A stretch of DNA of 63,790 nt, counting the filler, from an uncultured Rhodopirellula sp. (lineage in GTDB: Bacteria; Planctomycetota; Planctomycetia; Pirellulales; Pirellulaceae): assembly GCA_964007735.1 (NCBI GenBank). It is 5 parts of 5 records of this genome, joined end to end, with 100 filler letters (N's around TTAATTAATTAA, not from the genome) between each part and the next. Parts side by side here need not be neighbours in the genome. Positions count along the whole stretch, not along the records: positions 14,391 to 28,321 come from CAXGAI010000077.1; positions 28,422 to 42,301 come from CAXGAI010000078.1; 3 more parts are not named here. One strand, given 5' to 3'. Shown here piece after piece: positions 20,635 through 30,333 of the stretch. Each line of letters begins with the position of its first letter. Within the stretch, counting starts at the first letter, position 1. The translations under genes and the position numbers were made by a program. The notes under the pieces were generated by a model. The model saw only the letters and a program-made list of their open reading frames with translations. It searched no databases and was not told where the DNA came from.

Positions 20635-20672
20635 CAAGGACGGTCAGCAGCGCTGGCCGTCCTTGTTTGTTT
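20635..20672 (+). terminator. Intrinsic terminator after amt
   Basis: CAAGGACGGTCAGC-AGC-GCTGGCCGTCCTTG 14-bp stem with one G-U pair, followed by TTTGTTT. Confidence 0.8.
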
Positions 20673-20679
20673 AAATCGC

Positions 20680-21465
20680 ATGTTTGAAAATATCACTATT
20701 CTTGACTTAAGCGTTCCACTCGCTCATCAGGCCGCAAGCGAACCATTTCCGGCGGACGTCGAGTACATAGATCATGAACAGGGCAGTCAGCAAATGCAAA
20801 AGCTGTTTGGCATGACGCCTGCAGATCTCCGATACTCACAGGGAGGTGGCTGGGCGATAGAAAAGATCAATGCTATTACGCATACCGGCACCCACGTCGA
20901 TGCTCCATATCATTATGGTCCGATCTCTGAGGGTTCTCCTGCAAAACGGATTGATGAAGTCCCGCTCGAATGGTGTTTTGCCCCTGGCGTCTGTCTCGAT
21001 ATCACTCATCTGCGAGATGGCGATGAAATCACTGTTTCTATTTTAGAATCCGCATTGAGAAAAATTGAACACACCCTTAAGGCTGATGAAATTGTACTGT
21101 TAAGAACCGACGCCGATCTTCGAATTGACAGTGAAGAATACTTCAAACAGCCTGGGTTAGGCAGGGAGGGTACGTTATGGCTTGTAGAGCAGGGGATCCG
21201 GGTTATTGGGATTGATGCCTATACCCTCGACAGACCGTTCCATGTAATGAAAGCTGAATTTGAGGAGACAGGGGATGGCCACAACATTTGGCCGGCACAT
21301 TTTGCAGGTATCACCCGGGAATATTGCCAAATTGAAAAATTGGCGAATCTCCATAAACTACCTTCCGCCACGGGTTTTTGGGTAAGTTGTCTGCCGGTGA
21401 AAATTGAAGCGGCGAGTGCGGCCTGGTGCCGGGCCGTGGCGCTGGTACCTGAGACGTCAGAGTAA
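20680..21465 (+). CDS. Cyclase-family metal-dependent hydrolase (kynurenine formamidase-like)
   Basis: HTGTHVDAPYH motif, VLLRT, GIRVIGID, IEKLANL. Confidence 0.9.
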   Translation: MFENITILDLSVPLAHQAASEPFPADVEYIDHEQGSQQMQKLFGMTPADLRYSQGGGWAIEKINAITHTGTHVDAPYHYGPISEGSPAKRIDEVPLEWCFAPGVCLDITHLRDGDEITVSILESALRKIEHTLKADEIVLLRTDADLRIDSEEYFKQPGLGREGTLWLVEQGIRVIGIDAYTLDRPFHVMKAEFEETGDGHNIWPAHFAGITREYCQIEKLANLHKLPSATGFWVSCLPVKIEAASAAWCRAVALVPETSE

Positions 21466-21798
21466 CGTTCGAATCAATTCCGGGGGGCGACCAACGACGG
21501 CTCGATTACCGCTGATAACGATCGGGCGTTCGATGAGCTTGGGGTTTTTGCAAAGGACCTGAATCCATTGTTCTTCGGTAAGCGTCCGTTTATGCAAACC
21601 GAGTTCTTCAAACAGCGTTTCTTTTTTGCGTACAAGCTGTTCCGAGGTAATACCCAGCTTGCTAATAACGTCCGCTAATTCATCTGGTGTTGGTGGCGTT
21701 TTGAGATACTCAAAGATCTCGACTTCGGAGCCGGCCTCCTGGAGCATAGCTAAGGCCTGACGGCTTTTACTGCATCTGGGGTTGTGGTAGATCTTCAT
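21457..21798 (-). CDS. arsC: ArsC-family (glutaredoxin-type) arsenate reductase
   Basis: IYHNPRCSKSR, LVR, NPKLIERPIV, GRPPE. Confidence 0.88.
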   Translation of the reverse strand: MKIYHNPRCSKSRQALAMLQEAGSEVEIFEYLKTPPTPDELADVISKLGITSEQLVRKKETLFEELGLHKRTLTEEQWIQVLCKNPKLIERPIVISGNRAVVGRPPELIRTLL

Positions 21799-21900
21799 TT
21801 AAGACGCTCGTTAGAGAATGAAAAAATGGCAATTTGCAAACGGATGGGTTAATCTAATTCCCATGGTTGCATTTTAAAGGTTGAGGGGTATGGGACTAGC

Positions 21901-22590
21901 ATGGTTAACGCGAAAAAGCAATTTAGTGAGTCTGAGTTGTTAGAAATCGAGACCGCGATCATTCAGGCCGAAGAGCGAACATCAGCAGAAATTGTTGTTG
22001 CCGTGTCTACCGAATCAGGACGTTATGATCGAGGCGAATGCCATTTCGGCGTCGTCGTTTCCCTCTTGGCATTAGTGTTATTTAATTTATTGAATGCATT
22101 GTTCATAGATCACGAACTTTCTTTCTTCGAGGTCGGCCTTCCGTTTTATTGGCAATTAGCTGTCGTCGTGGCCGGTTACGTAGTTGGGATAATGATAGCC
22201 TCTTTAAACATTAAAATGCGGATGCTGCTAGGCACTCCTGAGGAAGTTGAACAAGAGGTTGCCAAAGGAGCCCGGCTGGTGTTTTTGGAAGAAGTCCTGT
22301 CGTCTCAGCGCCTTGGAGGTGCCGTGTTGATTTACCTTTCTCTCGCTGAGTGTCGAGTGGCGGTCATGGTAGACGACCGGATAAAAAGCGCCATGGGTAA
22401 GAATTGTAATAACTTGGTAACCGATACCCAGAATCGAATTGTACGGCTGATTGGGGAAGGCCGCTTGTCTCACGCTCTGTCTGCCGGTGTTGACTTACTT
22501 GCGGGGCGGTTGGAGAAAAGTGTGCCCTATCGGGAAGACAATGTGAATGAATTACCCAACCATGTGGTGCTGATACATCCCCGTCCGTAG
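21901..22590 (+). CDS. TPM-domain membrane protein
   Basis: IETAIIQAEERTSAEIVVAV, two TM helices, VLIYLSLAE...D, NELPN. Confidence 0.8.
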   Translation: MVNAKKQFSESELLEIETAIIQAEERTSAEIVVAVSTESGRYDRGECHFGVVVSLLALVLFNLLNALFIDHELSFFEVGLPFYWQLAVVVAGYVVGIMIASLNIKMRMLLGTPEEVEQEVAKGARLVFLEEVLSSQRLGGAVLIYLSLAECRVAVMVDDRIKSAMGKNCNNLVTDTQNRIVRLIGEGRLSHALSAGVDLLAGRLEKSVPYREDNVNELPNHVVLIHPRP

Positions 22591-22645
22591 AGTGTTTGTG
22601 CTGCCGAATTACGTTTTGTTTAGAAAATCCGTAGGGATTACTTTG

Positions 22646-24904
22646 ATGAAGAATGCTTATGCGTCATTGTTAGTTGTTCTATTGCTGGCGGGGCCACTCT
22701 GTGCGCAGCAATCAGGCTTGCAAGCCCGAGTGGAGTGGACCAAGTCAAGGGTGGTGGGATCGCCTGAACCACCGCCACCGTATGCATTGAAGATAGCCTA
22801 TCCAAATGTGCGTTTTGAAAATCCGATAGCAGGGGTTCCGGTGCCAGGTGCGCGGCAGCTGATGATCGTTGAGTATTCCGGCAAAATCTGGTTAATCGAC
22901 GAGGCTCGACAGGCAAAGAGTAAAAGGCTGGTGGTGGATATGGGGACAAACACCGTTGGCCTGGCTTTGCATCCGGGATTTGCGGGCAATGGACGTATGT
23001 TCGTGATGACAATTGATGATTCACGAGCCGAAGAAGTTGGTTCGCGGGTCTCGGAATTCACGGTGCAGAATGACACAGTGAATAAGGAGAACGAACGCAC
23101 AATCATTGAGTGGAAACGGGGCGGTCATAATGGAGGCTGTCTTGGGTTTGGTCCCGAGGGGTATCTTTATATTTCAACCGGTGATGGTAGCGGGATTGCA
23201 GATGAATTACATACTGGCCAGGATGTGACGGATCTTCTCGGCTGCATCATGCGTCTCGATGTAGACAAGACGGACGGCGGCGTTAACTACGCAATACCCC
23301 CTGATAACCCGTTCGTCGGCGTTAAGGCTGCACGCCCGGAAATCTATAGTTTTGGTCACCGCCAAATATGGAAGTTCTCGCATGATCGTCGGACTGGCCT
23401 GATGTGGGGTGGTGAGGTGGGTCAGGATCTCTGGGAAATGGTTTACATCATTAAAAATGGTGGCAACTACGGTTGGTCGTTGAGGGAGGGTAATCATCCG
23501 TTTCGGCCGGAACGGGAACGGCACCAGTCACCGATCGAGAAACCGATCGTTGAGCATAATCATAATGACTTTCGATCCATAACCGGCGGATATGTATATT
23601 ACGGACAGCGTCTGCAGTCTTTGCGTAAGCACTATATTTATGGTGATTTTGATACAGGTAAGATTTGGTCATTCAAGTATCGTAACGACAAGCCTCAGGA
23701 CTGGTCCGAATTAGCGGACACGTCGATTCGCCTTGTATCTTTTATCGAACAGTCTGATGATGAGTTGCTGTTGGTTGATTACGCAAGTGGCATGTTGCAT
23801 GAACTGGTCAAAGCTCCGCCTCCTTCGGCGGTCGCAAATGATTTTCCGCGGCGGTTGAGTGAGACGGGATTGTTTAAAGATACTTCAATGATGTTGCCCG
23901 AGGACGGAGTGCTTACCTATTCGGTGAATTCTCCTTTGTGGTCTGACAATGCGGTCAAATTCAGATACCTAGCCATTCCTGGGAACGGTACGGTTGATTT
24001 TGATGATGTGCTCTACCCAGAAACCCCGCCGGCTGCTCCCGCCGGGTGGCGATTTCCTGATGGCACGGTCACAGTGAAGACCTTTGCGGTGGAAACAGAA
24101 AAGGGGAATCCTGATAGCCTGCGGCGCCTCGAAACAAGGATTATGCATCATAAAAAGATGGATGGCGATGACAACGGTTATGGAGCGCAGGTTTGGCGGG
24201 GATATACGTATGTTTGGAACGAAGCTCAAACCGATGCCGTCCTTTTGGGCAAAGAGGGTGGCGATATTGAGTTCAAAGTGAAAGATGCCACAGCAGATGG
24301 AGGGGAATATGTTCAGCGTTGGCATTTCCCAAGTCGGGCCGAATGTACATTGTGTCATACGATGGCCTCGCGCTATGTGTTGGGCATTAATACACTACAG
24401 ATGAACAAGGATCACGATTACAACGGAGTCGTTGCGAATCAAATTGATACGTTTAATCACATTGGGCTTTTCACAGAGAAACTTGAAATGACAGCAAAGT
24501 CATTGCCCAAAATCGTGGATCATCGTAACGACGAAGAACCGACGCACTTGAGAGCGAGAAGTTATTTGATGAGTAACTGTTCACACTGTCATCGTCGTTG
24601 GGGCGGTGGTAATGCCGAATTCTCACTGCTTGCGAATAAGACACTTGAGGATGCAGCGGTGATCGGGGTCGCGCCGGGGCAAGGCTCCTTTCAGTTAAAG
24701 GAGCCGGCTTTAATCGTACCGGGCGAGCCGGAACGTTCGCTGATCTATCATCGGATGACGCTTGAGGGCTTAGGCCGTATGCCCCACGTGGCGTCGAATA
24801 TTAAGGACGACCCAGCGGTTGACTTGATTCGTGCATGGATTCAGGGATTGCCAGATAAGGATTATCTCAAGGAAACTGGCGTTGTCAGCGGTCACAGCAA
24901 TTAA
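22646..24904 (+). CDS. Exported glucose/sorbosone (PQQ-type) dehydrogenase beta-propeller fused to a diheme c-type cytochrome domain
   Basis: Signal peptide from ATG 22646; HNGGCLGFGPEGYLYISTGDG, YAIPPDNPF, GGNYGWS, SITGGYVY; LSETGLF, YSVNSPLWSDNAVK, CTLCH and CSHCH. Confidence 0.87.
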   Translation: MKNAYASLLVVLLLAGPLCAQQSGLQARVEWTKSRVVGSPEPPPPYALKIAYPNVRFENPIAGVPVPGARQLMIVEYSGKIWLIDEARQAKSKRLVVDMGTNTVGLALHPGFAGNGRMFVMTIDDSRAEEVGSRVSEFTVQNDTVNKENERTIIEWKRGGHNGGCLGFGPEGYLYISTGDGSGIADELHTGQDVTDLLGCIMRLDVDKTDGGVNYAIPPDNPFVGVKAARPEIYSFGHRQIWKFSHDRRTGLMWGGEVGQDLWEMVYIIKNGGNYGWSLREGNHPFRPERERHQSPIEKPIVEHNHNDFRSITGGYVYYGQRLQSLRKHYIYGDFDTGKIWSFKYRNDKPQDWSELADTSIRLVSFIEQSDDELLLVDYASGMLHELVKAPPPSAVANDFPRRLSETGLFKDTSMMLPEDGVLTYSVNSPLWSDNAVKFRYLAIPGNGTVDFDDVLYPETPPAAPAGWRFPDGTVTVKTFAVETEKGNPDSLRRLETRIMHHKKMDGDDNGYGAQVWRGYTYVWNEAQTDAVLLGKEGGDIEFKVKDATADGGEYVQRWHFPSRAECTLCHTMASRYVLGINTLQMNKDHDYNGVVANQIDTFNHIGLFTEKLEMTAKSLPKIVDHRNDEEPTHLRARSYLMSNCSHCHRRWGGGNAEFSLLANKTLEDAAVIGVAPGQGSFQLKEPALIVPGEPERSLIYHRMTLEGLGRMPHVASNIKDDPAVDLIRAWIQGLPDKDYLKETGVVSGHSN

Positions 24905-24999
24905 TAGATTGAATACTTGGGTTAGCCGCGTTTTCATGGATTTTGCGGTCTTCGCTCAAGCGGATTAATACTAACAGGCATTTAGTTGGGCAAATATCA

Positions 25000-27042
25000 A
25001 TGGCGGAAGATATCGCAAATCAGGAAGTAGATGCAGAATTGACAGATAATGGTGCCGATTTTCAGGTGCCATATCCCGGCGATAAGTCGATGCCTCAGTG
25101 GGATGCCGGTGGTCTCATCGATGCACCTAAATTCACCTTTAAGAAATGGATTGGGATGTTGGGGCCTGGCCTGATTCTTGGTGGGGCAGCGATCGGTGGT
25201 GGCGAATGGCTGGTTGGCCCTCAGGTGACCGCTCAGTATGGTGGTGCTCTGTTGTGGTTGGCAACGCTGAGTATTATCGGGCAAGTGATCTATAATCTGG
25301 AGATTAGTCGTTACACTCTTTACTGTGGCGAACCAATTTTTACGGGGAAGTTTCGGACCCGTCCAGGCAAGAGTTTTTGGACGATTTGCTATTTGGTTCT
25401 GGATGCCGGATCGATTTTTCCGTACCTCGCCATGACGGCGGCCATCCCCTTATTTGCCGCACTTTTTGGTTTAGTGCCGACGCCGGAAGATGGCGAGGCT
25501 ATGGTGTCTTTATTTGGCCTGGAGTTGTCTCACGCGGCGACCGTGAAAACGTTTGGCCTTAGTATTTTTGCGGTGGCTCTGATCCCGCTTATCTTTGGCG
25601 GTAAGATTCATGTTGCATTGAAATGGGTTATGGGTTTTAAGATTGTTACGGTCATGGGCTTTCTGTTGATTTTGGCAATTGGCTGGAGTAGCGTTGGAAC
25701 CTGGACCGAGATCTTTTCAGGATTCGTTAAGGTCGGAACCGTCCCCGTAGAGCGTGTCGATGACATGAATGGAAACGGGATTCTAGATGCTGGTGAAGAC
25801 TGGGACGGTGACGGTGTGTTAGATGTCGTTGAGCCAAAATTCGTGGCTGATGATACAGCCGTCGTTAAGCGTATCGAAGTAGATCTGAATCCTGATGATG
25901 ATGTTCCCGTGGGGACGCTGACCGAGGTAACTGTTAGAGACGATGCAGGGGAGTATCTGGAAAAGATCACTGTCGCTGAATCGGTTGGCGGCTTGGCTGC
26001 GGGGGAATATTTTGTTCGTTTTGATAATGATGGCAATGGCTTCATTGACATCGATGGTGATGACGAGCGGGATGGAGCCAGTGTTTCCAATATCCTTGCT
26101 GATCTTTTAAGTGGTAAAGGCTTTCCGGATATTGACTGGGCATTGATCGCCTCCTTATCGGCCTTGGTTGCCATTTCCGGTTCAGGTGGCTTGTCCAACA
26201 CACCTATCAGCAATTACACCCGGGACGAAGGCTGGGGGATGGGGCACCACGTCGGGGCCATTCCATCGGTTGTGGGTGGCCTTGAGATTTCTCTGTCGCA
26301 TCAGGGTTCGGTATTTAATCCTGATGCTCCGGGAGCACTACCCCGCTGGCGGCGTTGGTTTAGACATGTCATGCGGGATCAGTTGGTGGTTTGGATGCCG
26401 GCTTGTTTCATCGGCTTGGCTCTGCCTAGCATGCTCAGTGTCGAATTTCTTGACCGGGGAGTGACCGTGCCTGATAAATGGGTAGCGGCAACCATGACCG
26501 CTGATGGCGTTGCGAGTGCCGTCGCTGGTGTTGAGATTCCAGATAATATTTCTGAGTTATCAGCGGAAGAACAACAGGCCCTGCAGGACCAAATTGAGAG
26601 TGCTAAAGATTCGGGTAAGGGGAAAACCTTCTGGTTTCTGACAATCTTCTGCGGATTTCTGGTTTTGGCCCCCAGTATGTCGACATCGGCTGATGGCATC
26701 ATACGGCGGTGGGTGGATGTGTTCTGGACTACCAGCGATAAACTTAGGTCGATGCCGCCGGAGGCAATTCGCCTCGTTTACTTTAAGGTGCTAGCCTGCT
26801 ATGCACTCTTTGGCTTTATTATGCTGGGATTCTTCAAGCCGGATACGTTGCTTAAAATTGCCACAACGATTTACAATTATGCCCTGGGGATCAGTTGTCT
26901 CCATACGGTCTATGTGAATCGAAGTTTGTTACCAAAGAAACTCCAGCCACGCAAAGCAGTGTGGGTGTCGCTCGTGTTGTTTGGTATTTTCTTCCTGTTC
27001 ATTGCTTTGGTGTCAACACTTGCCCAACTCGACGTCATCTAA
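25000..27042 (+). CDS. NRAMP-related (APC-fold) transporter with Asp/Gly-rich insertion
   Basis: GPGLILGGAAIGGGEW, YNLEISRYTLYCGEP, ~10-11 hydrophobic segments; no DPGN motif; start at ATG 25000. Confidence 0.75.
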   Translation: MAEDIANQEVDAELTDNGADFQVPYPGDKSMPQWDAGGLIDAPKFTFKKWIGMLGPGLILGGAAIGGGEWLVGPQVTAQYGGALLWLATLSIIGQVIYNLEISRYTLYCGEPIFTGKFRTRPGKSFWTICYLVLDAGSIFPYLAMTAAIPLFAALFGLVPTPEDGEAMVSLFGLELSHAATVKTFGLSIFAVALIPLIFGGKIHVALKWVMGFKIVTVMGFLLILAIGWSSVGTWTEIFSGFVKVGTVPVERVDDMNGNGILDAGEDWDGDGVLDVVEPKFVADDTAVVKRIEVDLNPDDDVPVGTLTEVTVRDDAGEYLEKITVAESVGGLAAGEYFVRFDNDGNGFIDIDGDDERDGASVSNILADLLSGKGFPDIDWALIASLSALVAISGSGGLSNTPISNYTRDEGWGMGHHVGAIPSVVGGLEISLSHQGSVFNPDAPGALPRWRRWFRHVMRDQLVVWMPACFIGLALPSMLSVEFLDRGVTVPDKWVAATMTADGVASAVAGVEIPDNISELSAEEQQALQDQIESAKDSGKGKTFWFLTIFCGFLVLAPSMSTSADGIIRRWVDVFWTTSDKLRSMPPEAIRLVYFKVLACYALFGFIMLGFFKPDTLLKIATTIYNYALGISCLHTVYVNRSLLPKKLQPRKAVWVSLVLFGIFFLFIALVSTLAQLDVI

Positions 27043-27049
27043 AACTTGG

Positions 27050-27769
27050 TTATAACTCTTTCATCCCGTTGTAGATGATCTTTTTGACATCCATAGTGTC
27101 AGGGAGGCCGGCAATGATTAAAGGATTCCAAACCTGATAGGTGTTGGCACGCATCTGTTTGATGGCAGCTTGCATTTTATTAAGTTGGGCTGAGGCGACA
27201 TGGGCGATGGCTTCGAAAACTTTGAGAACGTGTCGATGTGCCAGAGTTCCGCGAAGCGGTAGGTAGTGCCGGCGTTTGATATACCCAACTAGCATATGTG
27301 CATTGTCGACGTGAGCAGGAATGTCATGGCAGTGTTCGGAAGGGGCAGCTTTGTTGATGTATTGGGCACCTTTGCGGGCACCGGGGTGAAGATCGATTCG
27401 CATCGTCGGTTCCAGTTGTTCGAGAGGAACCATTCGCTCGAAAACTTTGTAGGCGGCCCACATCAGTTGCATTCGCGAACGTGTCATGTCATCCCCATTT
27501 TGAATGTAGGCGGCGTTGCGGGCCATCGTCGTGATTCTTTTAACTTTGGTGGCCGTCCGGCCTTCCATTTGGTGCAAACGGCGCAGGGCACCCTGTAACT
27601 CCTGTGCAATCAGCGCTTTCATGCGTGCGACCGCGAGTTGGTTTGAAGCGACGGCTGCCACGAGGTCGCTTTTGGCTGCATTGAGCTTGTAATTACCAAG
27701 TTCCCGCAGGAAGTCTATTTGCAGGGCATATACATCACGCCAGATTTCGAAGCGTTCTTTCAGATCCAT
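27050..27769 (-). CDS. Hypothetical protein, 239 aa
   Basis: ATG preceded by GGGAGAG; fills the space between neighbours without overlap; no family recognised. Confidence 0.7.
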   Translation of the reverse strand: MDLKERFEIWRDVYALQIDFLRELGNYKLNAAKSDLVAAVASNQLAVARMKALIAQELQGALRRLHQMEGRTATKVKRITTMARNAAYIQNGDDMTRSRMQLMWAAYKVFERMVPLEQLEPTMRIDLHPGARKGAQYINKAAPSEHCHDIPAHVDNAHMLVGYIKRRHYLPLRGTLAHRHVLKVFEAIAHVASAQLNKMQAAIKQMRANTYQVWNPLIIAGLPDTMDVKKIIYNGMKEL

Positions 27770-27920
27770 GAGTCTCTCCCGGTTAAATAATTAGTTCGCA
27801 CAGAGGTACCCGTTAAACCGCGCTGTGTTTCACCTTGAATTCAAAATCGGGGAGGCTTTGCACAGATAGATTTGTTATCCTTAGCCTACGTGCCACCAGT
27901 TGCTACGGCGGTCGTCGGCG

Positions 27921-28321
27921 ATGGTTTACCTAGGAAATACAATGGCCTCGAAAACAGAAGTACCAAAAAAACAGAGGCATCTTTGGAATCCTATGGTCGA
28001 CTTTTTGGGATTGGGTGGTTTGTCGGTTTTCCTGATTATTGGTGCGTTGATCGCTTTTCCGCCAACCCACGAATGGTTCGCGCCGTTCTCTAACTCAATT
28101 ACCTCACAGCAAGGCACCTCGGTTGCGCGTCCCGTGAACATGCTGTCTGCTTTCATGTTTTTCACAATTATTATTAATCACCCGCACTTCATGGCTTCCT
28201 ATCGGCTTCTCTATCGCTCAGCGGATCAAATACGCAAGTATCGTTGGTCTTCAATAGGAGTGCCTATTATTCTGGCGATCCTGAGTATCGTGGTTTTGTT
28301 ATCCGGCGCGACGGATCGGAC
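27921..28321 (+). CDS. Hypothetical membrane protein, 3' truncated
   Basis: Hydrophobic segments, DFLGLGGLS and INHPHFMASYRLLY motifs; open to gap; start uncertain (27921 or 27942). Confidence 0.65.
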
Positions 28322-28421
28322 NNNNNNNNNNNNNNNNNNNNNNNNNNNNNNNNNNNNNNNNNNNNTTAATTAATTAANNNNNNNNNNNNNNNNNNNNNNN
28401 NNNNNNNNNNNNNNNNNNNNN
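28322..28421. other. Artificial contig linker
   Basis: 44 N + TTAATTAATTAA + 44 N. Confidence 0.99.
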
Positions 28422-29019
28422 TATCAGCCAATTCACAGATGACCGGCAGGTTGGCTATATATCCATCCATGGAAAAAACCCCATCAGTAGCAATCATCCG
28501 ATATCTTGCGTCTTTTGCCGCTTGAAGTTGTTTTTCCAGATCTACCATATCATTATTTGCGTAACGAAATCGTTGAGCTTTACAAAGCCGCACACCGTCA
28601 ATGATGCTAGCGTGGTTCAACTGATCACTGATGATCGCATCTTCGGAATCTAACAGCGTCTCAAACAATCCACCATTGGCGTCAAAACAGGATGTATAAA
28701 GAATCGTATCTTCGGTTTGAAGGAACTCCGTGAGCTTATTTTCAAGTTCTGTATGGATTGACTGCGTCCCGCAAATAAACCTCACACTGGAAAGGCCATA
28801 TCCCCAGCTATCCAATGCTTCGTGAGCCGCCTGTATGACCGCCGGATGATTCGCCAATCCAAGATAATTATTGGCACACATGTTTAACACAGGAGCTTCA
28901 TCCCGCACCTGAATACTGGCTCCCTGCGGAGTACTGATTATTCGTTCTGCTTTATAAGTGCCGGCCTCCCGAATGGAATCGATTGTTTCCGAGATTGCTT
29001 TTCGAACACGCTGCAGCAT
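28422..29019 (-). CDS. kbl: Glycine C-acetyltransferase (2-amino-3-ketobutyrate CoA ligase), 5' half
   Basis: [52 protein letters not shown]; starts 1 nt after the tdh stop. Confidence 0.96.
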
Positions 29020-29020
29020 C

Positions 29021-30067
29021 TTAAACCCCTATTCCCTCAGTCGAGTGCCAGTCCAAGAGTACCTTGCCACTCTCACCGTTTTGCATCACTTCAAATCCCT
29101 GTTCAAACTCGTCCACTTCGAAACGATGAGTAAGTACAGGCGAAATATCTAGGCCGCCCTGCAATAAGACGGTCATTTTGTACCAGGTTTCATACATCTC
29201 TCGCCCGTAGATCCCTTTGATCGTCAGCATATTAAAAACAACCTGATTCCAATCGATCGCCATCTGTTCTGAGGGAATTCCCAGCATGGCGATGCGACCG
29301 CCATGAAACATGTTATCAAGCATCGAAGTAAAAGCTGCCGGACTTCCTGACATTTCCAACCCTATATCGAATCCCCCCGACATGCCGATCTCTTGACGGA
29401 CATTCTTGAGGCTTTCTGTGGATACATCGACGACCCGCGAGGCTCCCATCTTTGACGCGAGTTCCAATCGATATGGATTCAGATCTGTCACGACAACGTT
29501 TCTCGCCCCTGCGAAGCGACATACCGCCGCAGCCATACAACCAATCGGTCCGGCCCCCGTGATCAAGACATCTTCCCCAAGGACGGGAAACGACAAAGCT
29601 GTATGCACGGCATTTCCAAATGGATCAAACAGGGTTGCCATATCCAAATCAATGGAAGGTGCATGCTTCCAGACATTTGTCATGGGTAATGCGATATATT
29701 CGGCAAAAGCACCTTCGCGATTGACGCCAATCCCTTTGGTGTCATTACACAAATGACGTCGTCCGGCAAAGCAATTTCGACACCGCCCGCAAACAACATG
29801 CCCTTCGCCCGACACAATATCTCCAGCAGTAAAGTCAGCCACATTGCTACCGACATCAACCACTTCACCCACAAATTCGTGTCCCACCACCATCGGAACG
29901 GGAATAGTCTGTTGCGCCCAGTCGTCCCAATTATAAATATGTAAATCCGTGCCACAGATGCCGGTACGAATAACCCTTATCAGGACATCATTGATCTCCA
30001 TCCTAGGCATGGCAACGTCTTCCAGCCAAAGACCGCGTTCGGCCTTTCTCTTTACGAGTGCTTTCAT
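29021..30067 (-). CDS. tdh: L-threonine 3-dehydrogenase
   Basis: [19 protein letters not shown], structural Zn site CGRCRNC...[20 protein letters not shown]; adjacent to kbl. Confidence 0.97.
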   Translation of the reverse strand: MKALVKRKAERGLWLEDVAMPRMEINDVLIRVIRTGICGTDLHIYNWDDWAQQTIPVPMVVGHEFVGEVVDVGSNVADFTAGDIVSGEGHVVCGRCRNCFAGRRHLCNDTKGIGVNREGAFAEYIALPMTNVWKHAPSIDLDMATLFDPFGNAVHTALSFPVLGEDVLITGAGPIGCMAAAVCRFAGARNVVVTDLNPYRLELASKMGASRVVDVSTESLKNVRQEIGMSGGFDIGLEMSGSPAAFTSMLDNMFHGGRIAMLGIPSEQMAIDWNQVVFNMLTIKGIYGREMYETWYKMTVLLQGGLDISPVLTHRFEVDEFEQGFEVMQNGESGKVLLDWHSTEGIGV

Positions 30068-30333
30068 CAGAGCACTCCTCTTATCAAGCCCAAAAAAGCT
30101 TTTAGTTTCAACTGTCGTAATCTTTCAGAATCATACCTCTTTCGTTTTCTTTACACACCACTTTTCAAGGAGAAATAAGCTAAAAGGGCTGTAGTTTCCC
30201 TTTCGACCTAATCATTCCGCACTAAGACACATCCAAATCGGTAAATTGGCAAAGTGGTCGACATTTACCTATCGAATCGGTTCCGATTACAATAAATCAA
30301 CGAGACGTAACGGCCTCCTCTCATTAATCTGAT

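Noticed and set aside
21457..21798. Arsenic-resistance operon
   Set aside because: Lone arsC-family gene; no arsR, arsB or acr3 adjacent
28422..29019. Two kbl copies or a kbl pseudogene
   Set aside because: The halves overlap by an exact 55 bp and rebuild one intact gene
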